DNA of 48,295 nucleotides from Macrostomum lignano (GCA_002269645.1 NIVC01000262.1:378887-427181), one strand, 5' to 3'; positions 23,108 through 34,905 are shown, counted from the first letter of the stretch. Program-made: numbers and translations. Notes: generated by a model not told the origin, from the letters alone.

Positions 23108-25945
23108 ATGGCAGCGAAGAAAAGTGTGAACGACACTTCTGAAGCCATTAGCGGTGACCATTCAGGTGCTGCTGGTGCACAAGTTTTTTCTGCTGGAGGT
23201 TTTTTTGTGGAATCATGCATATCAACTAATCTCTTCGTGAATCACTTTGATACAAGAACTTGTAAACTTAAGCCTTCTTGGTTGGATCAAGTCATTTATC
23301 CACTGTTAAGACAGCATGGTGAGTATTGTCAGTTCTCAGTTAATAAGGTTAGACTGCGTGCATTTAAGCGCCATAGGAAGGACTGCAGTTTTCTTTGGAT
23401 GCGCCTAGTCTGTGCCGAAGGCTCTGGTTGCAGTATGGCATTCGTCGTCACCTTAAACAAGGCGCCGACTGATGGGCAGTCCTCTACACTGACGCTACGA
23501 AGAATCTCAGAGCACTCGGGGCATGATGTTCCATCAAGTTGTTCCTCTTATCGCTATCTGTGGCAACGAGGTTCACAAGAGTGCCGTAACTTTGTTTTAT
23601 CTCAGGCCACCAACCCTGCTGCCAAGCCAACGCAGATCTATGTGAAAGCAATCGAGCTGTTTGGTAGCGAAGAATGCTCTCTATCTGCTGTCCGTACAAC
23701 TGTTAGTCGGACAAAAGCTGCCGACGACAAGTCTCCAGACGACATAAGAGATTTAAGACTCCAAATGAAAGACTGGAAGTTGACTATAAACGAGGATGGA
23801 GTCATTAGCGGCTATATCCAAAAGATTGACGTTGCACCAGTTAGTGTGATTCTCCATACCTCCATGCAGTTGGATTTGCTTCGCGACGTGCTGAAAGGCA
23901 ATCAGCTTGCTCCTCTCCACTTAGACGCCACCGGCGGAATTGTGCGACAGACCCAGAACGTGCCGAGCACTGTACTTCTGTGCAGTGCTGTTGTTGCAAC
24001 CCCGGATATAAAGAGAACAGCTGTATCAGAAAGCATCATGGAGGTCACGCGCTCGGAAAATGTGTCCAGTTGGCTAATGCATTTTTTAGCAGATTTCGCT
24101 CGTCACTGCAACATAGGACTGTGGGAACTACCCAAGAAAGGTCCGCAAATCTACGTGTCTGACTTTAGCTGGGTTTTCATTCATGGTATTCTCCGAGCCG
24201 CATGCACGACCTGTGTTACAGACTACCTGCGTGTACAGTACAATCGACTTCGGAGTGCTGATCTGAAGCCACCTGAATCTCCTGTTGTGTTTATCTGTAG
24301 CTCGCATTTGCTGCGCGCTGTTGCCAGGACTTTGAAGTCACCAGATAAAATCGATAAGGTTACTTATCGCGAGTTCATGCTCTCTTTTGCACTATTAGTG
24401 ACGTCGAAAACTTTGCGTTGCGCCCAAGCTGTTTGGAAGGCAATGGTCGAGGTGTTTACCTCCAGGCGGGTAAATCCTGCCACTTTGAAGGCTTTACAAA
24501 TTCTACATGGTAGGTTCGACTTCAGTTCGTTGGAGATTCCTGATGAAAACCAAGTGGCTGAAGATTCTGCTAATGTCTCAAATGCAGTGCAAGAAGACGT
24601 CGCATTGGCTGAATTGGAGACTGGACTACGAGCCTCATCACCTTTTGCGAAGTACTTCAACGATTTGACAAGCGAAGTGACAGCAAGCGATGGCAATGGC
24701 GTGCTGAACAATCTTTTCTACCCTCAGGCTGTTCAGGTTGTATTGCGAAAGTGGATGCCACTGTTTCCTCTTTGGAGTGTGGCAGTGTTTGGAGGAAATC
24801 GTAGCGCACACGTGACCAACGCCGCTGTTGAATCATGGTTCAGCTGGTGCAAAAGCGAAGCACTGCCTTCTCCAAGTTCTCGGCTCAGGTTACCAAGATT
24901 TGTCCGTGCGCAACTAACAACCGTAAAACTGCAACTGAAGCGGTTGCAGCACGAGCAACATCCAATTCGCCCCCCAAAGCGTGCTAGAGGACGCAAATGT
25001 GGCTTTGATGCTCCGTTAAACCCACCTGGAGATCCCTGGAAAAGGTCAGGAGCCTCAAAAAGACGAAGAACCAGCTTCATTCAATCGGCATTATCAATTC
25101 CGCCAGCCGTTGCACCCACGACCTGTACTCTAGCTGCGCCTGCTGCAAGTGGGTCTCGCTTGGGCAGCCAGCCCGTCATTGTCCAGGTTCGGCCTGCTAT
25201 TGCACCCACGACCTGTACTCTAGCTGCGCCTGCTGCAAGTGGGTCTCGCTCGGGCAGCCAGCCCGTCATTGTCCAGGTTCGGCCTGCTATTGCACCCACG
25301 ACCTGTACTCTAGCTGCGCCTGCTGCAAGTGGGTCTCGCTGGGGCAGCCAGCCCGTCATTGTCCAGGTTCGGCCTGCTATTGCACCCACGACCTGTACTC
25401 TAGCTGCGCCTGCTGCAAGTGGGTCTCGCTTGGGCAGCCAGCCCGTCATTGTCCAGGTTCGGCCTGCTATTGCACCCACGACCTGTACTCTAGCTGCGCC
25501 TGCTGCAAGTGGGTCTCGCTCGGGCAGCCAGCCCGTCATTGTCCAGGTTCGGCCTGCTATTGCACCCACGACCTGTACTCTAGCTGCGCCTGCTGCAAGT
25601 GGGTCTCGCTGGGGCAGCCAGCCCGTCATTGTCCAGGTTCGGCCTGCTATTGCACCCACGACCTGTACTCTAGCTGCGCCTGCTGCAAGTGGGTCTCGCT
25701 GGGGCAGCCAGCCCGTCATTGTCCAGGTTCGGCCTGCTATTGCACCCACGACCTGTACACTAGCTGCGCCTGCTGCAAGTGGGTCTCGCTGGGGCAGCCA
25801 GCCCGTCATTGTCCAGGTTCGGCCTGCTATTGCACCCACGACCTGTACACTAGCTGCGCCTGCTGCAAGTGGGTCTCGCTCGGGCATTTCACCTGCACCA
25901 ACAGCACAGAATACCACCTGTCACAGCCTACCAGATGAGCAAATT
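23108..25945 (+). CDS. MULE/Mutator DDE transposase, exon 1 of a predicted transposase-USP fusion
   Basis: N-terminal C..C..H.H WRKY/GCM-like region; LHLDATG (D1), VSDFSW (D2), CSSH (CxxH), TNAAVESWF (E); GTGAGT donor at 25946; the ORF itself reads on to 26074. Confidence 0.88.
25102..25880 (+). repeat. Coding 90-bp tandem repeat (30 aa, PAIAPTTCTLAAPAASGSRWGSQPVIVQVR) x ~8.6
   Basis: TGCACCCACG recurs every 90 nt from 25111 to 25831. Confidence 0.97.
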
Positions 25946-26142
25946 GTGAGTGATGAAATTGCATTTTTTCAGTTTAGAAATACCTTCAGTCAACCCTTGT
26001 ATTGGTTTACGTATTGTGTATGCGCCGTACACTCACTCCGCCACAATTTGCGTCTCCCACTAGATCTGTCGTAGTAATGTATGTGCCATGTCTCAGCAAC
26101 TTGTGGGTAAGGTGCAACCTTATCAATCAACTCTCTTTGTAG

Positions 26143-26167
26143 GCCTCCTCCGTCTCGACTGGCACAG
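26143..26167 (+). CDS. 25-nt micro-exon linking transposase to USP domain
   Basis: CTCTCTTTGTAG acceptor and CAG|GTATTT donor; converts phase 0 to the phase 1 needed by the next exon. Confidence 0.55.
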
Positions 26168-26481
26168 GTATTTATATTGCACAATCCAACATGTTCCGTA
26201 TGATGCACGTCTCTGTTACGTGATTGTTCTCTGATTAGAGATCTAAAGTTTATGATTCTATCATTTTTTTGCTTTTCGTGTCACCGATTATGCCCTTTTA
26301 AGTTTTACTAATTTCCATGAATTAGCATTCAACATGTTGCTTTCCATAAGTATTTGTACTTTTAAGTTTCGTTTCTTTTGCTTACGTCGAGGCGCCATTT
26401 TTTGTTGTTAAATGGATGTGACTGGGCTGTTCACTGGGACATTTTGATGGTAAATTCGTTCCTAACCGCCAATTTTATTAG

Positions 26482-26813
26482 GACGCGCCGACACTGCAGT
26501 GTCATTTCCTGCACTATCGCCACGGTCGCCAGAGGGGCTACCGAATCCGACGGGCACGTATTGTGCTTTCAATGCCGCCAGTCAATGCTTGGTTGCAACA
26601 TTAACGAGCGCACTATCGTGTGATGCAGATTCACCACTTGCATTGTTCCTTAACTGCCTAATGACAGGCAAAGACGTTCTGTTGCTGCATTCAGCCGCGT
26701 TTCAGTGGTGCAGTAAAGCATTTCATATGGATCCTATGGCACAAAACTGTGCCTTAGAGTTTCTGACCGGAATGCTGTTTCTTTCTGAGCTCAAACTGCG
26801 ATTCAGCTGCGAG
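26482..26813 (+). CDS. USP (peptidase C19) N-terminal exon with Cys box
   Basis: GLPNPTGTYCAFNAASQCL (Cys box) and AQNCALEFL (QQDAxEFL-like); GAG|GTAAGG donor. Confidence 0.8.
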
Positions 26814-27034
26814 GTAAGGGTGAACGGTTTATTAAGTTTATGACTATTTAAATGCGTTTTAGTAAAGTGATTTAAGCCTGCATCCTGAATCTAAATTTAT
26901 TTGTAAGTTACCTTCGAAGACAGTATATACTTTGCTGGAAGGCAAAGAATACCTTTCAATCGCGCTTCCACTGTGTGTTGGTCTTCACAGTTGCACCATG
27001 AGTACTGTTCCTATCCATCTTTTTTATTTCGTAG

Positions 27035-27562
27035 ATTTCTACAACTTTGAGTTGTTCCGCCTGTTTCAAAGTGACACGACTGCTACCTAGAGACACGGCA
27101 ACTATTCTACGTTTATCAATTCCTGATCACGACGACTCGCTTGATTTCCCGGCACTCATTAGACAGTCACTGTTTTCTACTCAAGACCACACCGACATCC
27201 GTTGTCCGACTTGCGACGTCGGGGGGTGCAGCTATGCACAAACACTTGCAACAACGTCGGAGCACATATGCATGGGAATTAGCCGAGTCTCTGTCAAGCG
27301 CAGAAAGGGACAAACTGTACTATTCGAGAAGAACACTAAAGTTGTACCCATCGAGATGAAGCTTACTTTGAGTGGCAGAAGCTACAAGCTTCGTGCAGCC
27401 ATCGTTCACATTGGTAGTCGCGTGAATAGTGGTCACTATATTGCATACGTATTCTGTGGCCGCACTAGCTACTGTGTCAGTGATTTGACTGTACGAAAAG
27501 TATCTTTGTCAGCGGCATTCAATGACGTGAAGCGAAACTGCTGCGCTCTTTTTTACGGCTAA
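27035..27562 (+). CDS. USP (peptidase C19) C-terminal exon with zinc-finger cysteines and His box
   Basis: ISTTLSCSAC..CPTC..YKLRAAIVHIGSRVNSGHYIAYV..VSDLTV..ALFYG*; TTTCGTAG acceptor, phase 0. Confidence 0.88.
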   Translation: MSTTLSCSACFKVTRLLPRDTATILRLSIPDHDDSLDFPALIRQSLFSTQDHTDIRCPTCDVGGCSYAQTLATTSEHICMGISRVSVKRRKGQTVLFEKNTKVVPIEMKLTLSGRSYKLRAAIVHIGSRVNSGHYIAYVFCGRTSYCVSDLTVRKVSLSAAFNDVKRNCCALFYG

Positions 27563-28404
27563 CGTGCTGGTGATCTCCGTGTTATTAACATAATGTGGAC
27601 GGTTTACTTATTTTCTTGAGTTTATTCGTGTTTGTAATGGTCTCATGCCGTTGAAAGTATAAATTCATAACTGATGATCGTGCTGTGTAATGTATTTATA
27701 ACAAAAACTTTTAACTGTGTTGAAAAGGTCTACATATATACATGTACGGATTTGCATTTTATAGTTTACCGCCATTTTAATTCTCTATTTTTCTGTATGC
27801 GCTAAAAGCTGGGACTAAACGCCGTTAGTAAACCGTTTAGACAACGTGAGTTCTAAAACTTATAGTGTCAACTATATACTCTTTTCTTGCAGCTAAATAC
27901 TCTCCATTTGAGTATAATCGTAATTGTTTTTGGCCTGTGAAACCTGTACACCTGTCACTTATCACTTAGGCCAATAAATGTCACAAAAGAAAAAATTGTT
28001 CAACGAAATACGTGCCATGAAACATTCCTTTGCTTTATTTATCCGAAAGAATTTATTTCAACACAAGGACTGACAACTAATACGGGTAAAGGAAATGAAA
28101 CTGTTCAAATATAAGTATAAACTACAATTAATCGTTCAAGGAAGTATAGATTAAAAACCACATAAGATACTTGTCTCATAGTTACTACTACGCTGAAGTC
28201 ATTCAACTACATACTTTGTTGCAATGAAAATTGTTGCATGGTACAATAGATAAGCCAATAAGCTATACGAACGGTATGACTTTGTTTAATGCTCGAATAC
28301 CAGCGTTCTTATTTTCGTGCAAAAGAAGCTGGCAAACTCGCATAACGAACTCGCAAACTGAACAGACACGCATCCGATATTCCGTCACGCATCATCCTAG
28401 TCTG

Positions 28405-29544
28405 TTACTCATGCCTCGTTCGCGAGCGCAATGACATCGCTGGTTGGACCGACCTTAAAGATCTCTGGGGCCTCTGCGATCTCCGACGCATTGGTTTTAG
28501 TGGTCCAAGAGCGGGACACTCGTACTGTTGGGACTGCCGCTGTTCATCCAGCTCGAGCTGCCGCGGCTCCTCCTGCAATGCGAGTTGCCGTTGGCCGTCC
28601 TGTATCTGCGGATGCCGCTGTTCATCCAGCTCGAGCTGCCGCGGCTCCTCCTGCAGTGCGAGTTGCCGTTGGCCGTCCTGTATCTGCGGATGCCGCTGTT
28701 CATCCAGCTCGAGCTGCCGCGGCTCCTCCTGCAGTGCGAGTTGCCGTTGGCCGTCCTGTATCTGCGGATGCCGCTGTTCATCCAGCTCGAGCTGCCGCGG
28801 CTCCTCCTGCAGTGCGAGTTGCCGTTGGCCGTCCTGTATCTGCGGATGCCGCTGTTCATCCAGCTCGAGCTGCCGCGGCTCCTGCAGTGCGAGTTGCCGT
28901 TGGCCGTCCTGTATCTGCGGATGCCGCTGTTCATCCAGCTCGAGATGCCGCTGCTCGTCTTGCAGCGCGTGCTGCCGCTGCTCCTCATCAGTTGGGCGTG
29001 ATCGCCGCTGCATGAAACGCCGACGGTGCACAGTCGATTGTAGCTGACTGAAGCCGCGCGAGACAACGAGCAGAGAACGAAGAACAGACACATCACATGA
29101 AGAAATAAGGAGCCGAAAGCTCTGCAAAACTTGCTTCCGCAGTCGCTTTGAACTTTGAAAATGGTGACCCGGAACCTCTCGACGTAGGACAACTGACTGC
29201 GTCAGATGTGGCTTAGTTACACGCTGCAGCCAAGCAATGCCATTACCACGGTGGTCTTTGTTTCCACAACCATATACACCGTGCAAAAATGCAACCTTGC
29301 TAGGATCGGTTATTAATTGGACAACAGACACTCGATCACGTCCGCACCTACGAAATCCGTCTCGCACACGGATATTAGAATGATTAAATGAACGTGTGCA
29401 AACGCAAAGCCTCTGGCAAACCGACTGAATCGATAGTTCATCGCTGTTGTTGAACGTCACAATGACAGGAAGAGAAGGGCATGGTAGGACCGCACCTACA
29501 CAAGGCAGAACAGCATCCGGTGGGCCTTGTAATAACTGGTCCAT
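28405..29544 (-). CDS. Second, convergent transposon ORF (379 aa, unknown function) with Gln/Glu/Arg-rich 26-aa repeats
   Basis: Long ORF extending about 550 nt beyond the repeat; converges on the transposase gene; true start and splicing not established. Confidence 0.55.
   Translation of the reverse strand: MDQLLQGPPDAVLPCVGAVLPCPSLPVIVTFNNSDELSIQSVCQRLCVCTRSFNHSNIRVRDGFRRCGRDRVSVVQLITDPSKVAFLHGVYGCGNKDHRGNGIAWLQRVTKPHLTQSVVLRREVPGHHFQSSKRLRKQVLQSFRLLISSCDVSVLRSLLVVSRGFSQLQSTVHRRRFMQRRSRPTDEEQRQHALQDEQRHLELDEQRHPQIQDGQRQLALQEPRQLELDEQRHPQIQDGQRQLALQEEPRQLELDEQRHPQIQDGQRQLALQEEPRQLELDEQRHPQIQDGQRQLALQEEPRQLELDEQRHPQIQDGQRQLALQEEPRQLELDEQRQSQQYECPALGPLKPMRRRSQRPQRSLRSVQPAMSLRSRTRHE
28537..28990 (-). 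repeat. 78-bp tandem repeat (26 aa, EEPRQLELDEQRHPQIQDGQRQLALQ) x ~6
   Basis: Direct reading; one unit is 75 bp, so frame is preserved. Confidence 0.96.
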
Positions 29545-29670
29545 GAATATGGAAGAGTGCGATTTTAGTCATCAAAAGAGTCAGGAAAGATGGCAACATG
29601 GCAGAAGTATCCCAAGAGTTGTACAAAAAGAGAACCTAAAAGTTCCTACGAGTCTCGCAATTTAACATTC

Positions 29671-30682
29671 TTGGTATGGAGTTGGCATGCAGTTGGCATG
29701 TTGGTATGGAGTTGGTATGCAGTTGGTATGCAGTTGGTATGCAGTTGGCATACAGTTGGTATGGAGTTGGTATGCAGTTGGTATGCAGTTGGTATGCAGT
29801 TGGTATGCAGTTGGCATACAGTTGGTATGGTGTTGGTATACAGTTGGCATGTTGGAATATAGTTGGTATGGAGTTGGTATGCAGTTGGTATGCAGTTGGT
29901 ATGCAGTTGGTATGGAGTTGGTATGCAGTTGGCATGTTGGTATGGAGTTGGTATGCAGTTGGTATGCAGTTGGTATGGTGTTGGTATGCAGTTGGCATGT
30001 TGGTATGGAGTTGGTATGGAGTTGGTATGCAGTTGGTATGGAGTTGGTATGCAGTTGGCATGTTGGTATGGAGTTGGTATGCAGTTGGCATGCAGTTGGT
30101 ATGGTGTTGGTATGCAGTTGGCATGTTGGTATGTAGTTGGTATGCAGTTGGTATGGAGTTGGTATGGTGTTGGTATGCAGTTGGCATGTTGGTATGTAGT
30201 TGGTATGCAGTTGGCATGTTGGTATGGAGTTGGTATGCAGTTGGCATGTTGGTATGGAGTTGGTATGCAGTTGGCATACAGTTGGTATGGTGTAGGTATA
30301 CAGTTGGCATGTTGGAGTATAGTTGGTATGGAGTTGGTATGCAGTTGGTATGGAGTTGGTATGGTGTTGGTATGCAGTTGGCATGTTGGTATGTAGTTGG
30401 TATGGAGTTGGTATGCAGTTGGTATGCAGTTGGTATGGAGTTGGTATGGTGTTGGTATGCAGTTGGCATGTTGGTATGTAGTTGGTATGCAGTTGGCATG
30501 TTGGTATGGAGTTGGTATGCAGTTGGCATATTGGTATGGAGTTGGTATGCAGTTGGCATATTGGTATGGGGTTGGTATGCAGTTGGTATGGAGTTGATAT
30601 GGTGTTTGTATACAGTTGGTATACAGTTGGCATGTCAGTATGGATTTGGTATAGAGTTGGTATGCTATTGGTGTGCAGTTGG
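29671..30682 (-). repeat. Right TIR inner minisatellite array (about 1 kb)
   Basis: Reverse complement of the 20221-23030 units. Confidence 0.97.
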
Positions 30683-32052
30683 CCACAATCTCACCTCTGG
30701 ACACACATGTTAGAAGCTGTATTTAAATCTCAGTGTGCAACCTTTTTTATATATAAGGTTGATATATATATATAAAACCTACATAAACATATTTCTCTGA
30801 CACTAGTTACTAGATTTCTTAAAAACTAAAAACCTTCTATAGGTATCAGTTTCTAGAACAAAATTTTGATTAATGAATAAATGAAATGGCAAGTTTTTAA
30901 AGCAATTGTAACAAATAATTTAGGGATTTACTTTGGAAAGTCAGATTGGAGTTAAGACTAATTTTATTTGAGCTTCAACTTACAACAATTTTTAAGCTTA
31001 CTGGCAAATTTACAATTAGAATTTTAAGAGAAAATAAACCTTGCCCAAAAGTATAAATCTATACATATTTTTTGTCAAACAAAAGCAAAAATATTTCAAA
31101 TTATAAGCCTCTTTTCTTGGAGCATGCCAAAAGTTCACTTTTTTCAAATTTTGCCTTAAGTGATTCTTTTGTTTTATATTTAATGCCCACAATGGCTTTA
31201 TTATATTCTATCCATATCTTTATCCTTCATTTCTATATAACACTTGATAGGTTTATGTTTCCTGGTTTCTACATTGAAATATTTGTAGTGAACATTATTT
31301 TTTTCAAGTAAAGTAAATACTTTTCGATTTATCTAAGCAAATATATTGGGAATATAATATAGTCTTAAATAAAAGAGTATACAATTCTACACTATGTAGA
31401 TTTTTTTATTTTTTAAGGCTGGCATGCTAAATCTAACTTCACGTGGGCACTTTGAAATAGTAAAATGGAGAAAACAGTTATACCATAGGGTAATCTTCAA
31501 CCTTGATCATTTTTATATGTTTAGATGTATACATGCATCCAAATTTTGACGAAAAACCCTGATCCATACAACACAAATACTTCAGCATTGGAAAAGCAAC
31601 AGTTTCTCTTTTAAAAAACCTTGCAACCCTAAGTGACAGTGTCACAAATGTCCGAGACAAAACAATATGTTGCACGATTTAAAACGGATAGTTTTATTTT
31701 CCAATGATTCACTAAAAGCTTGAACTTTTAACTTCAACTAAAATGTACAAATACTATTGTACAAATACCTTGTACGCTTTTAATACCTAATTGAACTATT
31801 TAGCACGCTGCAGCTAATCGTTGTACACGATGCATGCACGCACACTACGCGATAAAAGCCATAATTTGAAAGTCTGGAACGAGTGCACAAAAACAAAATT
31901 GCAAAATTAAAACTATGCATGGACTGCTTTATTTCATTAAATATGAATTAGGAAGTGTCCTAGACAAATTTAATGCTTGTTCCTAACCGTACGACAGAAA
32001 ATAAAGTGTCTGTAGAAGTGTCTGAATAAGTGTCGGCGAATGTTTCATACGT
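30683..32052 (-). repeat. Right TIR, unique outer domain
   Basis: Reverse complement of 18852-20220. Confidence 0.97.
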
Positions 32053-32499
32053 GCGACTTTTGTGGCAGTGGGGTTGTGTGGTAGGGCGAGCTACCACTCC
32101 GAGCAAGAACGTTTCGTGAGACGGCGACGGGTGACATCACCGCTATGACTCGTTGTATTTTGTCACCCGGTGCGCCGTCCCATGCCCCATCCTTTGCCGA
32201 TGCTCTAAGTTTTGTTTTTTCTCCGTTCCCGGCTTTGTTGTCGTCCGTTGCCCCATCTTTTGCCCCATTCTCTGCCCCATCCCTTGCCTTGTTGCCCCAT
32301 CCCTGTCCGGGCGACACTTCCTCTATTTATATGGCCAATTCGGGCCGCCTGTTTTTATGTTTTTTTTGTTTTTCCTTCCTCCCTTCCTCCTCCCCCTTCC
32401 CCTTCTCCTTCCTGCTGTTAACTTCTTACGTTTTCTGGTTTTGTTCTTAGTTTCTTTTGTTGGTTTAACGTAGCATAACTTAGTTTGGTGTTTTAAGTT

Positions 32500-34060
32500 T
32501 TCTTTGGTTAGTGAATTTGGCACCCGGCACCGGCCGCGATCACCGTCGGTTTTCTTCAAATAATAACTTTTCTAATTTAACCAGTAACCCAGCCGGCTCA
32601 ATAAATAAACCTAGTAATAATTAAAATAAGTTGTTCAATCATCGAAGCCCATAACAGTTTATCTTGAGTTATTTGCCCGTGGGGCGTTAAACAACCCGAT
32701 TTATCTTGACTCTAAGCGAGCTCTGAGATCTCAACGTTCCGTAATACGAAACTACGGTGGTGGCAGCGCTACTCTACTGACAGTAATCAGTACGACAATT
32801 GAAAACATATTTTCGGTGTCTAGACCATAGAGTCTAAAGTTCTGAACGACCGTGCCGCTTACGACCGCTCGACTACGATTACGACTACCCTCCCCCCGGA
32901 TTTGAGAACCCGGCAGTCGGAGTAAAACAGGAGGAAACAATTCGTTGTGATTCGTCTGCGCGATTTCCGGCTTTATTCGTGCGAACTCAACGCTGTTCGG
33001 TTTCGAAGAAACCCAACTTTTCAAACCCACCAACTATCAAGAAAATTTTCTTTCTTCCTCCGCCCCACCTCAGTTGCCACCATTTAATATTTTTCATTTT
33101 AAATGCGCGCCCGTGTTTTTCTTCGTGAATACCAACCCGTGCGGCCAACCATTGTTATGACATCACCCCCTCCTCTTGTTGGCCCCGTGTGTGGACCCAC
33201 CGTTGCTTTTCAGTTTCCCATCGTTGGCTAACAGCCTTTTCATTAGTTGGAATTAAGCGGTTCATTATATATTTTCTGTGTAATTTCTCCTTTAACCATT
33301 GTATGGCCCCCTTGTTGGCTAATCTTTCCCCCATGCTTTGGACGTTGCCCTACTTTTGCTTATATAAACTACTCATGCTCAGTTGCCAATTTTTCTAACT
33401 TTCTTCTTGCGCGATCGCTCCCTCACTATCTTGTCTGTTTATCTCTACAGTTCATTAATTTATTAGTTTATTAGCGCACCGGCGCCCGTGTATTCATCAT
33501 CGTCATTATATTACTCATTAATCCATAAATAACCTGCTTTAAAATTAATAACCATAATTACTTTAATAAATAACAACAAATTAACGCTTAATATTTATTC
33601 CGTTGACTTAAGCCATAGCCTATCTTGAATCCTTTGCCCGTGGGGCGTAAAATAACCGAAATCTCATCTCAAATAAAGCTCTGAGATCACTAAACGTTCC
33701 GTAATATGTAAATTACGGTGGTGGCAGCAACTACCCTACTGACAGTAATCAGCTCTGCAAATCGACACATTACTTTACGGCGTCAATCTCCGGTGTCTAC
33801 CATCTGAACGACCGTGCCGCTCTAACGACCGCTCTGCTACGATTACGACTACCCTCCCCCCGGAATTTGAGGACCCCGGCTGTCGGAGTAAAAGGAGAAG
33901 AAATTCGTGGTGATTCGTCTGCGCGATTTTCCGGCTTTATTCGTGTTTCAACAACGCCGGCGGCAATTCATACGAGGAATCCGCCCCACCTCACTGGTGT
34001 CAGCAACTAATTTAAAATAACCCACCAATTTCCAAGAAAACTTCTCCACCCCCACCTCAC
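32500..34060 (+). repeat. Diverged direct duplication (about 32500-33072 versus 33460-34060) of an unidentified element, possibly LTR-like
   Basis: Shared blocks such as TTGCCCGTGGGGCGT, ACGTTCCGTAATA, TACGGTGGTGGCAGC, CTACGATTACGACTACCCTCCCCCCGGA, GATTCGTCTGCGCGATTT, CCCCACCTCA. Confidence 0.8.
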
Positions 34061-34858
34061 TTTACTTGTAGTTAACGAAGTGACCAATGCCTAGGTCCTT
34101 CCCATTTGCTTTTTGACGAAATGACTAAAATTTTCATTATATGAATGATAACGTATGTAGCTGATACAGCTTCATATCTTGTATAGCTTACAATTATTGT
34201 TATATCGATAACTTGTTTTATTAATTGCCTTATTTTTAAAAACGAACAAATTTTGCAATACGCCTGGACTGCATGTCCATTAGGTTAAATGTTTCGATGC
34301 AAATATTCTATGCAAATGCGTCACCCCAAGCGCACTCATACCCATATACGTCCGGGCATTAATGAATATTGAGTATTTGTGTGTTATGCGACCATACACG
34401 CGACTACAAAACATGGGTATTTCTTCTATCAAAACGCGTCGAGGACTGCTATAAAGTCCCCTATATATGGAGTCGTGAAAATTGGTGGACTGCGTGCGCC
34501 TAATTCCCACCCCTCCACCCCGCTGTGCACAGTCAACCGAAGCCCCCGCAGCGAATCTTGATATCCGGTAATGCTCTTGATCGGAGTATATAATTACGCA
34601 CGATTCACGCGCGCTCATCGATCGATCATGCCGTATAAGGTATTTCACTCCCTGTCATGCTAACACTAAAATTTACAATGCACTGTAAGAAGGCACAAGA
34701 AGCAGACACGAGCAGAGATACGCAAAGGCACAGGCAGACGCGCAAACCGATCGGCGATATTGGGTGCAGTACCACAGCGGCGTGCTCTTGATTCGTGCAT
34801 TCCTGCTCATGTAGCTGCACAAGACTTGGCCATGTGCCTAAGCCTAGTGCTTTTACGT

Positions 34859-34905
34859 GTAGGGTCAGCAAACTTTTTACCTCAAGGGCCAGATTGAGAA
34901 CCTAG
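34859..34905 (+). mobile_element. hAT-Charlie-like terminal fragment
   Basis: AGGGTCAGCAAACTTTTT..AAGGGCCAGAT resembles Charlie-group termini. Confidence 0.4.

Larger units (their letters stand above)
18852..32052. mobile_element. 13.2-kb Foldback-like Mutator (MULE; Rehavkus/FB-NOF-like architecture) DNA transposon
   Basis: Termini ACGTATGAAACATTCGCCGAC / GTCGGCGAATGTTTCATACGT; TSD GCGACTTT (18844-18851, 32053-32060); long TIRs; internal MULE transposase ORF. Confidence 0.93.

Noticed and set aside
20191-23142. 890-980-aa ORFs (IPTPYQLHTN..) and their mirror images at 29636-30713
   Set aside because: Stop-free frames produced by the TIR minisatellite; open in all three frames with no domain content.
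26908-26980. Extra USP exon between 26813 and 27035
   Set aside because: Direct 26813-27035 splicing already restores the conserved motif in phase.
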